NCBI GenBank assembly: GCA_964291495.2
Contig: OZ219872.1
Location: forward strand, 800,001-864,000
Reading direction: 5' to 3'
Source: Dehalococcoidia bacterium
GTDB lineage: Bacteria > Chloroflexota > Dehalococcoidia > UBA2979
DNA length: 64,000 bases
Shown: in pieces, positions 27,899 through 38,819 of the stretch
Layout of the letters: every line of letters starts with the position of its first letter
Numbering within the stretch: the stretch's first letter is position 1
The notes under the pieces: generated by a model
The model's database searches: none
Told to the model about the DNA's origin: nothing
The model's input: only the letters and a program-made list of their open reading frames with translations
Translations under genes and position numbers: made by a program

Positions 27899-28630
27899 GT
27901 GACCCTGCGCGACGCCGACATCGAGGCGGTGATCTTCGACTGGGGCGGCACGCTCTCGACGTGGGCGACCTCGGTGAGCACGAAGTCGCTGTGGGGCCCC
28001 GCCGCCGAGGTGCTCGCACCGCACGCCGAGCAGGACGCGGCCGCGATCACGCAGCTGCTCGGCACGGTCGAGAGCGAGTTCTGGGACCGCACCGAGCACG
28101 AGCATCCGCACGCCGGCGCGCTCGCCGGCATCGTCGTCGAGGCGCACGGGCGGCTCGGCGCGAGCGCGCCCTCGTCAGCGCTCGAGGCCGCGGCCGAGGC
28201 GTACCTGAACGCCTGGGCGCCGCACATCGAGCACGACGCCGAGGCCGCCCCGACGCTGGAGACGCTGCGCGCGCACGGGCTGCGCACGGCGATGCTCTCC
28301 AACACGCACTGGCCGCGGCGCTTCCACGAGCGCTTCCTGCGCCGCGACGGGCTGGACGGGCTGCTGGACGCGCGGCTCTACACCTGCGAGCTCGACTACA
28401 TGAAGCCGCACCCGAGCGTCTTCAAGGCCGCCCTCGCCGCGATCGGCTTGCGCGACCCCTCGAGGGCGCTCTTCGTCGGCGACCGGCCGTGGGACGACAT
28501 CTTCGGCGCGCAGCGCGCGGGGCTGCGCACCGCGCAGCGCACGAACCCGCTGGTTCCGACCCACGACGTGCGCCCGGACATCGAGATCGAGCGGCTGCCG
28601 GAGCTACTGGACCACCTCGGCCTCGCGTAG
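27899..28630 (+). CDS. HAD-family hydrolase
   Basis: IFDWGGTL, LSN, KPHP, FVGDRPWDDIFGA. Confidence 0.9.
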   Translation: MTLRDADIEAVIFDWGGTLSTWATSVSTKSLWGPAAEVLAPHAEQDAAAITQLLGTVESEFWDRTEHEHPHAGALAGIVVEAHGRLGASAPSSALEAAAEAYLNAWAPHIEHDAEAAPTLETLRAHGLRTAMLSNTHWPRRFHERFLRRDGLDGLLDARLYTCELDYMKPHPSVFKAALAAIGLRDPSRALFVGDRPWDDIFGAQRAGLRTAQRTNPLVPTHDVRPDIEIERLPELLDHLGLA

Positions 28631-28643
28631 CCCGCGAGGGCGG

Positions 28644-29168
28644 CTACGCGGCGTAGCCCTCGACGCCCTCGTGCGCGAGCAGCCAGCGCTTGCGGTCCAG
28701 CCCGGAGGCGAAGCCGCCGATCGAGCCGTCGGAGGCGACGACGCGATGGCAGGGCACGATCAGCGAGATCGGGTTGCTGCCGACCGCCCCGCCGACGGCG
28801 CGCGCGGCGCCCGGCTTGCCGACCGCGGCCGCGATCTCGCCGTAGGAGCGCGTGGCGCCCGTCGGGATCGCCCGCAGCTGCTCCCAGACGCGCTGCTGGA
28901 ACGGCGTGCCGCGTGGCGCGAGCGGCAGCGCGCACGGGTCGTCGAACTCGCCGGGTGCGCCGCCGAAGTAGGCGGCGAGCGCCTCGAGGGCCGGACGGGC
29001 GGCTTCGGAGTCCTGTTCCGCCGCTTCGCCGGTGTCGGCCTCCAGGGCCAGCAGCTCGTCGTCCAGCGCGTGCTCGCCGCGCAGGAAGTTGACGCGGTGC
29101 AGCCCCGCGCCGGAGCCGCCCACGAAGAGCGTCCCGAGCTCGCACTCGAGCAGGTCGTACCAGGCCAT
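28644..29168 (-). CDS. ogt: Methylated-DNA--protein-cysteine methyltransferase
   Basis: GTPFQQRVW, ARAVG, NPISLIVPCHRV. Confidence 0.93.
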   Translation of the reverse strand: MAWYDLLECELGTLFVGGSGAGLHRVNFLRGEHALDDELLALEADTGEAAEQDSEAARPALEALAAYFGGAPGEFDDPCALPLAPRGTPFQQRVWEQLRAIPTGATRSYGEIAAAVGKPGAARAVGGAVGSNPISLIVPCHRVVASDGSIGGFASGLDRKRWLLAHEGVEGYAA

Positions 29169-29235
29169 GAGGTCACCTCGGAGCTGCGGGGAGTGCTGTG
29201 ATTCTAGCGCGCGAGCACGGGCAGGGAAGGGCATT

Positions 29236-29580
29236 CCCCGTCATTCCGGCCTCGCTTCCCGTCATTCCGGCAAAGCCGGAATCCAGGCTCGCCGGCGGAG
29301 TTGCCGCCTCGGTGGGTTGTTGTGCCTCGTAGGCCGCGCTGGCGCGCGGCTCCCCCTCACCCCCGCCCTCCCCCGCCAGGGGGGAGGGGGCCGGACGGGT
29401 GCTTCCCGTCGTTCCGGCCTCCCTTCCCGTCATTCCGGCGAAAGCCGGAATCCAGGCTCGCCGGCGGAGTTGCCGCCTCGGTGGGTTGTTGTGCCTCGTA
29501 GGCCGCGCTGGCGCGCGGCTCCCCCTCACCCCCGCCCTCCCCCGCCAGGGGGGAGGGGGCCGGACGGTGCTTCCCGTCAT
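29236..29580. repeat. Two tandem copies of the composite repeat (period about 168 bp)
   Basis: GTCATTCCGGC(G)AAAGCCGGAATCCAG at 29261 and 29429, each followed by the same core and a REP-like palindrome. Confidence 0.9.
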
Positions 29581-29632
29581 GACGGAGGCCGGAGGCCGGA
29601 TGCGGGAGGAACGCGTGAGTGGCGCCGCCCCG

Positions 29633-30544
<912 letters not shown>

Positions 30545-30698
30545 CTCCGGCGCCTCGGCGGCGCCGGTCGCCTCGCTGGCAGCCGTCCCGTCGCTGATGG
30601 TCGCTCTCCCGCCCGGGGACCGCGGCGCGCGCGGTGCTGGTGGCGATTGTAGGGGGCGCGGGCGCTGCCCGCACGGCGCGCCCTCGGGGGGTGGGGCC

Positions 30699-30758
30699 GC
30701 AACGTATTCGAAACACAGGCGTAAATCCGGGTTAACAAAGGCGTAAATCAGGTGAAAC
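30699..30758 (+). promoter_or_regulatory. GlnR-like tandem boxes upstream of amtB
   Basis: GCAAC-n6-GAAAC-n6-GTAAA-n6-TTAAC-n6-GTAAA-n6-GAAAC, an exact 11-bp periodicity. Confidence 0.65.
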
Positions 30759-30814
30759 ACCCGGGACGCATCCTGCTCACATCCGCCACGAGGCGGAGAG
30801 AGGAGGGGCGGAGT

Positions 30815-32068
30815 ATGGATACTGGCCATACAGCATGGATACTCACGAGCGCCGCACTCGTGCTGTTCATGACGCCTGGGCTCGCGTTCTTCTACGGAGG
30901 CATGGTGCGTGGACGCAACGTCCTCGCGATGCTGATGAAGAATTACGTGGCCATGGGCGTCGTCACGGTCACCTGGGTCGTGATCGGTTACTCGCTGGCG
31001 TTCAGCGGGGACTGGCAGGGCCTCGGACTGATCGGAAACCTGGAGTTCTTCGCGCTCGGCGAGCTGGGCTTCGGGACGGAGATCGGTCTCGAGGACGGCG
31101 ACGGCATCCCGGACTCGGTGTTCCTGCTGTTCCAGCTGATGTTCGCGATCATCACGCCGGCGCTGATCTCCGGCGCGGTCGCCGAGCGGATGAAGTTCAC
31201 CTCCTGGGTCGTCTTCATCGCGATCTGGTCGATCATCGTCTACGCACCCATGGCCCACTGGGTCTGGGGCGGCGGCTTCATCGGCTCCAGCGACGGCACG
31301 GACATCCCCGGCATCGGGGCGCTCGACTTCGCCGGAGGCCTGGTCGTGCACATCAACGCCGGTGTTGCAGCGCTGGCGCTGGTCATGGTGCTCGGACCGC
31401 GGCTCGGCTGGCGTCGTGAAGTGATGCGGCCGCACGCGCTGCCGTTCACGGTGCTGGGCGCGGGCATGCTCTGGTTCGGCTGGTTCGGCTTCAACGCAGG
31501 CTCGGCGCTCGCCGCAGACGGCGCAGCCGGCAACGCCTTCCTGACGACGCAGATCGCCGCAGGCGTGGCGGCCCTGACCTGGGCGCTGGCCGAGCAGTTC
31601 AAGCACGGCCGCCCGACAACGCTCGGCTTCGCCTCGGGCGCGGTCGCCGGACTGGTCGCGATCACCCCGGCGGCGGGTTTCGTCAGCCCGCTCTGGGCGC
31701 TGGTGATCGGCGCCGCGGCAGGTCTGATCTGCTTCCTCGCGCTGCAGATCAAGTTCCGCTACGGCTTCGACGACTCGCTCGACGTGGTCGCCGTGCACAT
31801 GGTCGGCGGCATCGTCGGCGCGCTGCTGCTCGGCCTCTTCGCCGAGGCGGCGATCGGCGGCACCGACGGCGCGTTCTTCGGCAACGTGGAGCAGCTGCTG
31901 CGGCAGGCGATCTCGATCGTCGTCGCGCTCGTGTTCTCGTTCGTCGTCACCTACGTGATCGCGGTTATCATCGATCGGACGATGGGCTTGCGCGTCTCCG
32001 AGGACGAGGAGCGCCGCGGCCTCGATGTATCCCTGCACGAAGAGCAGGGCTACGTGCTGACGGAGTAG
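30815..32068 (+). CDS. amtB: Ammonium transporter
   Basis: FMTPGLAFFYGG, DFAGGLVVH, WFGWFGFN, DDSLDVVAVH. Confidence 0.97.
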   Translation: MDTGHTAWILTSAALVLFMTPGLAFFYGGMVRGRNVLAMLMKNYVAMGVVTVTWVVIGYSLAFSGDWQGLGLIGNLEFFALGELGFGTEIGLEDGDGIPDSVFLLFQLMFAIITPALISGAVAERMKFTSWVVFIAIWSIIVYAPMAHWVWGGGFIGSSDGTDIPGIGALDFAGGLVVHINAGVAALALVMVLGPRLGWRREVMRPHALPFTVLGAGMLWFGWFGFNAGSALAADGAAGNAFLTTQIAAGVAALTWALAEQFKHGRPTTLGFASGAVAGLVAITPAAGFVSPLWALVIGAAAGLICFLALQIKFRYGFDDSLDVVAVHMVGGIVGALLLGLFAEAAIGGTDGAFFGNVEQLLRQAISIVVALVFSFVVTYVIAVIIDRTMGLRVSEDEERRGLDVSLHEEQGYVLTE

Positions 32069-32413
<345 letters not shown>

Positions 32414-32453
32414 GGAGACACCTCCCCCGCGCACTACGGGGAGACGCAACGGA

Positions 32454-34841
32454 GTGGTTCAGGTTCCGGCCATGCAGCCATTCCTGGAGGCGCGCTCGGC
32501 AGTCGCCGGGCGCGCCTTTGCGCGTCCCCTGGACAGGGCCGGCCTCGCACTCTGCCACGAGCTGAGCGACGCGCTCGACGCGAGCCTGCGCGCGCTCGCC
32601 AACGCCCTGCCGCCGCAGGGCGTCGCCATCGTCGCGGTCGGCAGTAGCGGACGCCGCGAGCAGTGCCGCCACTCCGACATCGACGTGATGCTGCTCTTCG
32701 ACCGTCAGCCGGAGCGCTGGGTCAGCGAGGCCATGCTCTACCCGCTGTGGGACAGCGGCCTGCAGGTGGGCCACTCCGTGCGCACACTGCGCCAGATCGG
32801 ACCGGCGGCCCGCGACAGCATGCAGACCTTCACCGCGCTCCTCGATGCGCGCCTCGTCGCCGGCGACGAGGCGCTCTTCGAGCGCTTCCACAAGGGCTGG
32901 CGCAAGACGGTGCGCGGCGGGCGCGACTGGATGCGCGAGGAGCTGGCCGCGGCGCACGAGGCGAGGCTCGCGCGCGAGCCCTGGCAACTGCTGGAGCCCG
33001 ACCTGAAGACCAGCCGCGGCGGGCTCCGCTCGCTGCAGACCGCGCGCTGGCTCGACGCCACCCGGGCGATCGCCGAGGGAGGCGAGGCGCCCGAGCCCGA
33101 ACCCGAGCTCACGGACGCGCGCGAGGTGCTGCTCGCGACGCGCAACGCGCTGCACTCGCTCGACGACCGCGCCAACGATCGGCTGCGCCGCGACCTGCTC
33201 GACGAGGTGACCGAGCGCCTCGCCGTCGATCGCACGGACTGGGGCCAGCGCGTCAGCGCCGCGATCCGCACGGTGGACACGGCAACCAGCGAGGCGCTGC
33301 GCGCCGCCGCCGCCTCCCGCAGCCGCCGCTGGAGCGGCTGGCTCCCTGGGCGGCGCGCGGCGGAGGGCGACGGCAGGCGCCGCGACGGCGCGCGCATGGA
33401 AGACGGCGGCGGCGACCTCGATCGGCTCCTCGCGGCGCTGCGCGAGGCGGGGCCCGGAGGACCGCTTGATCCGCTGCGGCGCAGCGCCTGGCTGGAGCGT
33501 CTGCTGCCGGAGTGGGAGGTACTGCGCAACCAGCCCCAGACCGCGCCGTTCCATACCCATCCGGCCGACGTCCACAGCTGGCGCGCGGTCAGCGAGGCGC
33601 TACGGCTGCTGGAGGACGACGACGAGTCCGGCGCGCCGGAGCCGGTCGCCGAGCTCGACGACGCCGACGATCTGCTGATCGCGGCGCTGCTGCACGACAT
33701 CGGCAAGGGGCACGAGGGCCCGCATAGCGAGGTCGGCGCGGTGATCGCCGAGCGCTTCGCCGACCGCGCCGGGCTCGGCGACGAGACCGCCGGGCTCCTC
33801 GCCGCCACCGTGCGCCACCACCTGCTGCTCCCCATGGTGGCGACGAGGCGCGACATCGCCGACGAACACGTGATCCGCGACGTCGCCGAGCAGGTCGGCG
33901 ACGTACGCACGCTCAACCTGCTCTACCTCGTCTCGGTCGCCGACGCCAAGGCGTGTGGATCCGAGGTGTGGAACGCCTGGACCGCCCAGCTCATGCGCTC
34001 GCTCTACACGCGCGTGCGCGAGGCGCTCTCCGATGTCTCGCTGCGCACCGCCGTCGCGCGGCGGCGGCGCGCGGCGGTCCAGGGTCTGAGCGGCTGGGTC
34101 GCGCCCCAGGCCGTGGAGAGGCACCTCGAGCAGATGCCGGTCAACTACCTGCTCTCGATGGAGCCACTCGCGATCGGGCGGCACATCGAGCTGATCGCTC
34201 AGGGCGTGCTGGACTCGCACGGCTCCCGCGCGAGGGGCGCCATGACGCCGATGCTGCACTACGACCGGCTCGGCTCGATCGACCGGCTGACGATCGTCAC
34301 GGCGGACCAGCCGGGCATCCTGCAGGCCGTCGCGGGCACGCTCACCGTGCACAATGTGAACGTGCTTGGCGGCACCGCCTTCACCCGCGACGACGGCATC
34401 GCCGTCGACGTGATGCACCTCGGCGATGCGCGCGGCCGGGAGATCGACGAGCGCCGCTGGGAGCGGATCATCGAGGCCGTCCCGAGCGCGCTCGCCGGCG
34501 AGTTCCCGATCGAGCAGCGCCTCGCCGAGACCCGCGAGGCCTACCGCGGCGAGCCGCCGGCGCCGATTCCCACCAGCGTCACCGTCGACAACACGGGCTC
34601 CGCGGATTACTCGATCCTCGAGATCCGCGCCGCCGACCGCCTCGGCCTGCTGCACGCGATCACCAACGTGCTCCACGAGTCGGGGCTGGACATCCACATG
34701 GCGAAGGTCAACACGCTCGGCCACGAGATCGTCGATGCCTTCTACGTGCGCCGCGCCAACGGGCGGCGCATCGAGGACGAGGACGAGATCGAGCGCCTCG
34801 CGGCGCACCTCACGGACGCGGTGCACGCCCTCGACGAGTAG
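32454..34841 (+). CDS. glnD: PII nucleotidyltransferase (NTase, HD and two ACT domains)
   Basis: AVGSSGR..HSDID, EPDLKTSRGGLR, LLHDIGK, DRLGLL, DAFYV. Confidence 0.9.
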   Translation: MVQVPAMQPFLEARSAVAGRAFARPLDRAGLALCHELSDALDASLRALANALPPQGVAIVAVGSSGRREQCRHSDIDVMLLFDRQPERWVSEAMLYPLWDSGLQVGHSVRTLRQIGPAARDSMQTFTALLDARLVAGDEALFERFHKGWRKTVRGGRDWMREELAAAHEARLAREPWQLLEPDLKTSRGGLRSLQTARWLDATRAIAEGGEAPEPEPELTDAREVLLATRNALHSLDDRANDRLRRDLLDEVTERLAVDRTDWGQRVSAAIRTVDTATSEALRAAAASRSRRWSGWLPGRRAAEGDGRRRDGARMEDGGGDLDRLLAALREAGPGGPLDPLRRSAWLERLLPEWEVLRNQPQTAPFHTHPADVHSWRAVSEALRLLEDDDESGAPEPVAELDDADDLLIAALLHDIGKGHEGPHSEVGAVIAERFADRAGLGDETAGLLAATVRHHLLLPMVATRRDIADEHVIRDVAEQVGDVRTLNLLYLVSVADAKACGSEVWNAWTAQLMRSLYTRVREALSDVSLRTAVARRRRAAVQGLSGWVAPQAVERHLEQMPVNYLLSMEPLAIGRHIELIAQGVLDSHGSRARGAMTPMLHYDRLGSIDRLTIVTADQPGILQAVAGTLTVHNVNVLGGTAFTRDDGIAVDVMHLGDARGREIDERRWERIIEAVPSALAGEFPIEQRLAETREAYRGEPPAPIPTSVTVDNTGSADYSILEIRAADRLGLLHAITNVLHESGLDIHMAKVNTLGHEIVDAFYVRRANGRRIEDEDEIERLAAHLTDAVHALDE

Positions 34842-34861
34842 GCGCGGGCTGGGCGAAGGGG

Positions 34862-35365
34862 TCAGGGCGCGCCGAAGGTGGCGTTGAGCCAGCCCGCCAG
34901 GCGCTCCGGGACGCCCTCCGGGTAGACGCGCCAGGCGCCGGCCAGCACCTCGGCCAGCGGCAGCCACCGCGCGGTGAACGAGTGCCCGCCCTCGTCGGCC
35001 GTCAGCGGCGCGAAGTCCCCGGGCGCCTCGCCCGGCGCGAACTCGACGAGGAACTCGAAGATCAGCTCATGCCCGGGCTCGCCCTGCAGCGTGAAGCGGT
35101 TCTCGAGCGCGCCGAGCAGCGCGCGAACCTCGACGGCTCTGCCCAGCTCCTCGCGGAACTCGCGCACGACGGCGTCGGCGGCCGCCTCGCCGAACTCGAT
35201 CTCCCCGCCGAGGGCGCGGTAGAAGGTCTCGCCCTTCACGCGGTCGTGCCCCTCGGCGAAGAGCAGGTGGTCCTCGCGCAGCAGCAACCCGATCGCCAGC
35301 GGCCGGATGCGCGGCGGCGGCGCTGCGGAAAACCCCTCGACTGGTGGCTGTGTCTGCTCGGGCAG
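34862..35365 (-). CDS. NUDIX hydrolase (start uncertain)
   Basis: GGEIEFGEAAADAVVREFREELG Nudix box. Confidence 0.85.
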   Translation of the reverse strand: MPEQTQPPVEGFSAAPPPRIRPLAIGLLLREDHLLFAEGHDRVKGETFYRALGGEIEFGEAAADAVVREFREELGRAVEVRALLGALENRFTLQGEPGHELIFEFLVEFAPGEAPGDFAPLTADEGGHSFTARWLPLAEVLAGAWRVYPEGVPERLAGWLNATFGAP

Positions 35366-35481
35366 CTTCGGCTCCGTCCCGTTCGCTCGCGGTGACCCGC
35401 GCTGCTCGGTAGGATACGCGGGCTCGCGGCCCGCGAGGACCGCGACACCTCGAAGCGACGGCGCGAACAGGAGCATGGACG

Positions 35482-36729
35482 ATGGCGATCGAGATCACGA
35501 ACGTCGGCGAGGCGCCACCCGTTGGCGAAGTCCCGGAGAAGATGCACGCCAGCCTGATCCGCGAGTCGCGGTTCGGCCAGCCGCGCGACGCCTTCGCGAT
35601 CGAGCAGATCGACGTGCCCGAGGTGGGACCGCGCCAGGTGCTGGTCTACGTGATGGCGGCGGGCACCAACTACAACAACGTCTGGGCCGCCCTCGGGACC
35701 CCGGTCAACGTGATCGACGCGCGCCGCCGCCAGGGCGCCGAGGAGGACTTCCACATCGGCGGCTCGGACGCCTCGGGCATCGTCTGGGCGGTCGGCGAGG
35801 AAGTCACGAACGTCAAGGTCGGCGACGAGGTCGTGCTCTCCTGCGGGATGTGGGACGAGGACGCCGCCGACATCGCGGCCGGCCGCGACCCGATGATGTC
35901 GAACACCAACAAGGTCTGGGGCTACGAGGAGAACTGGGGCTCCTTCGCGCAGTACTGCCTCGTCGACCGCTACCAGTGCTACCCCAAGCCCCCGCACCTC
36001 AGCTGGGAGGCCGCCGCCGCCTACATGCTCGTCGGCGCGACCGCCTGGCGGATGCTGCGCGGCTGGCCGCCCAACGTCGTTAACGAGGGCGACCCTGTGC
36101 TGGTCTGGGGCGGCGCGGGCGGCCTCGGCTGCATGGCGATCCAGATCGTGCGCGAGTTCGGCGGCGTCCCGATCGCCGTCGTCTCCGACGAGTCGAAGTA
36201 CGAGTTCTGCTACCAGCTCGGCGCGAAGGGCGTGATCAACCGCCGCGACTTCGACCACTGGGGCCGCCTCCCCGACATCGACGACCCCGACGCGTTCGCC
36301 GAGTGGGCGAACGGCGCGCGCCAGTTCGGGCGCGCCTTCTGGGACGCCCTCGGCGAGCGGCGCAACCCGATGCTCGTCTTCGACCACCCGGGCGAGGCGA
36401 CGATCCCGACCTCGATCTTCCTCGTCGACAACGGCGGGATGGTGGTGATCTGCGCGGGCACCTCCGGCTACAACGCGGACGTGGACCTGCGCTACCTGTG
36501 GATGCGCCAGAAGCGCTTCCAGGGATCGCACTTCGCCAACGTCGAGGAGTGCGCCGAGTTCAACGACTACGTCGTGCAGGGCCGCATCGACCCCGCGCTC
36601 TCGCGCGTCTTCGCCTTCGAGGACGTCGGCGAGAGCCACCAGTTGATGTACGAGAACGAGCACCCGCCGGGCAACATGGCAATCCTCGTCGGCGCCCCTC
36701 GCGAGGGCCTGACGGAGTTCCCGCCCTAG
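35482..36729 (+). CDS. ccr: Crotonyl-CoA carboxylase/reductase
   Basis: [43 protein letters not shown]. Confidence 0.92.
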   Translation: MAIEITNVGEAPPVGEVPEKMHASLIRESRFGQPRDAFAIEQIDVPEVGPRQVLVYVMAAGTNYNNVWAALGTPVNVIDARRRQGAEEDFHIGGSDASGIVWAVGEEVTNVKVGDEVVLSCGMWDEDAADIAAGRDPMMSNTNKVWGYEENWGSFAQYCLVDRYQCYPKPPHLSWEAAAAYMLVGATAWRMLRGWPPNVVNEGDPVLVWGGAGGLGCMAIQIVREFGGVPIAVVSDESKYEFCYQLGAKGVINRRDFDHWGRLPDIDDPDAFAEWANGARQFGRAFWDALGERRNPMLVFDHPGEATIPTSIFLVDNGGMVVICAGTSGYNADVDLRYLWMRQKRFQGSHFANVEECAEFNDYVVQGRIDPALSRVFAFEDVGESHQLMYENEHPPGNMAILVGAPREGLTEFPP

Positions 36730-37262
36730 CCCTCCGGCCGCCCCCTCCCTTTCCGACCCCCTCTCCTGGGGGAGAGGGCGGGGGTGAGGGGGCACGCCCG
36801 CAGATGCTCCCCACCTCGATCGGTTGTTGCGCCCCCGGGGGTTCGCGCCCCGCGGCCGCCGGACGAGCACGCTGCGCGGCTCTGGCCCGCCCACCCGCCC
36901 TCGGATCTCTCTTTTGTGGGGGCTTCGCCCCCACGCCCCCTCGGCTCTGCCCCTCCGGCTCCCTCTCCCCGAGGAGACCTTTGCGAAACCCCCAACAAGC
37001 CCCCTCCGGCCCACTCTCCCGAGCGAGAGGGCGGGGGTGAGGGGGAGGACTCCCGCGCCCCTTCGAAAGCACCGGCAGCGCAACGAAACTCCAGCGGGCG
37101 GATCCTCCCTCACCCTGACCCTCTCCCTCGGGGAGAGGGGACCGGAAGGGAGGCCCACTCCGCCGATCCGGCTCCCTCTCCCCTCGCGGGAGAGGGCGGG
37201 GGTGAGGGGGCGCCGCGCAGCAGCGCGGCCAGCGAGGCAGGACTCTCCCTGTCCGCCAGCCG
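36730..37262. repeat. Mosaic intergenic repeat cluster
   Basis: Four or more REP-like palindromes; about 37025-37145 is the reverse complement of about 48295-48418. Confidence 0.85.
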
Positions 37263-37263
37263 C

Positions 37264-37749
37264 TCAGGCTGAGCGGCCCACCCCCACAGGCGCCCGCCCG
37301 AAGCGGCGCTCGAGGACCGCGCGGCGGTACTCGAAGATCGCGCGCACGCGGTCGGCGACCAGCAGCCGGTTGAGCACGTCGCCCAGCGGCCCCAGCGGCA
37401 CCGAGTAGTGCACGATGTCGCCGATCTCCACGCCGCCCTCGACCGGGCGGAAGTGGTGCTGGTGGTGCCAGAAGCGGTACGGCCCGAAGCGCTGCTCGTC
37501 GACGAACAGCTCGCCCTCCACCAGCTGCGTGATCTCCGTCACCCACGTCACCGGCAGCCCGAACAGCGGCCGCACGCGATGCACCACGATCAGCCCCGGG
37601 TGCATCCGCTCCGGCAGCGGCGAGGCGACCTCGAACGCCATCTCCGGCGGCGTGATCACGGCCAGGTTGCGCGGGTCCGAGAAGAACTCCCACGCCTCGT
37701 CGAGGCCGATCGGCACCACCTGCCGCGTCTCGAAGCGATGCAGGCCCAC
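37264..37749 (-). CDS. SRPBCC (START-like) family protein
   Basis: WEFFSDPRNL..ITPP, FVDEQRFGPYRFWHHQH. Confidence 0.88.
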   Translation of the reverse strand: MGLHRFETRQVVPIGLDEAWEFFSDPRNLAVITPPEMAFEVASPLPERMHPGLIVVHRVRPLFGLPVTWVTEITQLVEGELFVDEQRFGPYRFWHHQHHFRPVEGGVEIGDIVHYSVPLGPLGDVLNRLLVADRVRAIFEYRRAVLERRFGRAPVGVGRSA

Positions 37750-37770
37750 GGCGACGCCCCCCGTCCGCCC

Positions 37771-38664
37771 TCAGCCGGCGAGCACCGCCTCGAGGGCGCC
37801 GTCGATCCCCGGGTGGCTGAACTCGAAGCCCGAGCCGGCGAGCGCCCTCGGCACGATCCGCTGACTGGCGAACAGCTCGGCGGGGTCCTGGCCGAAGGCG
37901 AGCCGGTAGGCGAAGCCGGGGATCGGGAACAGCGTCGGGCGGCGCAGCGCGCCGCCGAGCGCCTTCGTCAGTTCGCCGTTCGTCGTCGCACCCGGCGCCG
38001 AGGCGTTGACCGCCCCGCTCAGCTCCGACGTGATCGCGTGCTCCAGCGAGCGCAGCTGGTCCTCGAGCGTGATCCAGGGCATCCACCAGCGCCCGTTTCC
38101 GAGCGTGCCGCCGAGGCCGAGCCGGAACGGCAGCAGCATCCGCGAGAGCGGCGGCCCCTGCTTGGAGAGCACGATCGCCGAGCGGTGCCGCACCGTGCGG
38201 ATGCCGAGGTCCTCGGCGCGCCGCGCCTCCGCCTCCCAGTCGGCCACGAGGTCGGCGAGGAACCCCGCGCCGCGCGCGGCGTCCTCGTCCAGCTCCTCGT
38301 CGCCGCGGTCGCCGTAGAAGCCGACGGCGGACTGGTTGACGAGCACGCCGGGCCGGTCCTCCTCGGCGAGCGAGCCGAGGTGATCGACGAGCACTCGGGT
38401 GAGGTCGATGCGGCTGCTGCGCAGCTCGGCGCGCCGCCTGGCGGACCAGCGTCCGCCGCCGATGTTGGCGCCGCTGAGGTTCACGATCGCATCGTGCCCG
38501 GCGAAGGCGCCGCCGCGGATCCAGCCGCCCGCCGGATCCCAGTCGGCGCTCGGGTCGTCCTCGCTGCCGCGGCGGATGCGGAGCACCTCGTGTCCCGCGC
38601 CCTCGAGCCGCGCCGCGAGCGCGCCCCCGATCAGCCCCGTGCCCCCCGTAATCGCCACCCGCAT
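37771..38664 (-). CDS. TIGR01777-family (YfcH-like) NAD-dependent epimerase
   Basis: ITGGTGLIG, SAVGFYG, LGLGG.LG.G...MPWI; typical pairing with SRPBCC. Confidence 0.9.
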   Translation of the reverse strand: MRVAITGGTGLIGGALAARLEGAGHEVLRIRRGSEDDPSADWDPAGGWIRGGAFAGHDAIVNLSGANIGGGRWSARRRAELRSSRIDLTRVLVDHLGSLAEEDRPGVLVNQSAVGFYGDRGDEELDEDAARGAGFLADLVADWEAEARRAEDLGIRTVRHRSAIVLSKQGPPLSRMLLPFRLGLGGTLGNGRWWMPWITLEDQLRSLEHAITSELSGAVNASAPGATTNGELTKALGGALRRPTLFPIPGFAYRLAFGQDPAELFASQRIVPRALAGSGFEFSHPGIDGALEAVLAG

Positions 38665-38819
38665 CGCACACCTCCTCGCCCCTTCCATCGTCCGAAGGCG
38701 CGAGTGCACGCGCAAGATTGTGCCAGGTGGTGCGAGTGGGGGGATGGAGAAGGCACGGATTCTGCTCAAGGCCGAGGCATCTTGCGCTACACTCCGCGAC
38801 AGTTCCCGTGGAGGACGTC

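Noticed and set aside
36726-37408. ORFs inside repeat clusters (PSPPPSP / LTPALS peptides; also 18204-18640, 48042-48772, 56683-57556)
   Set aside because: Translations of REP palindromes, not plausible proteins.
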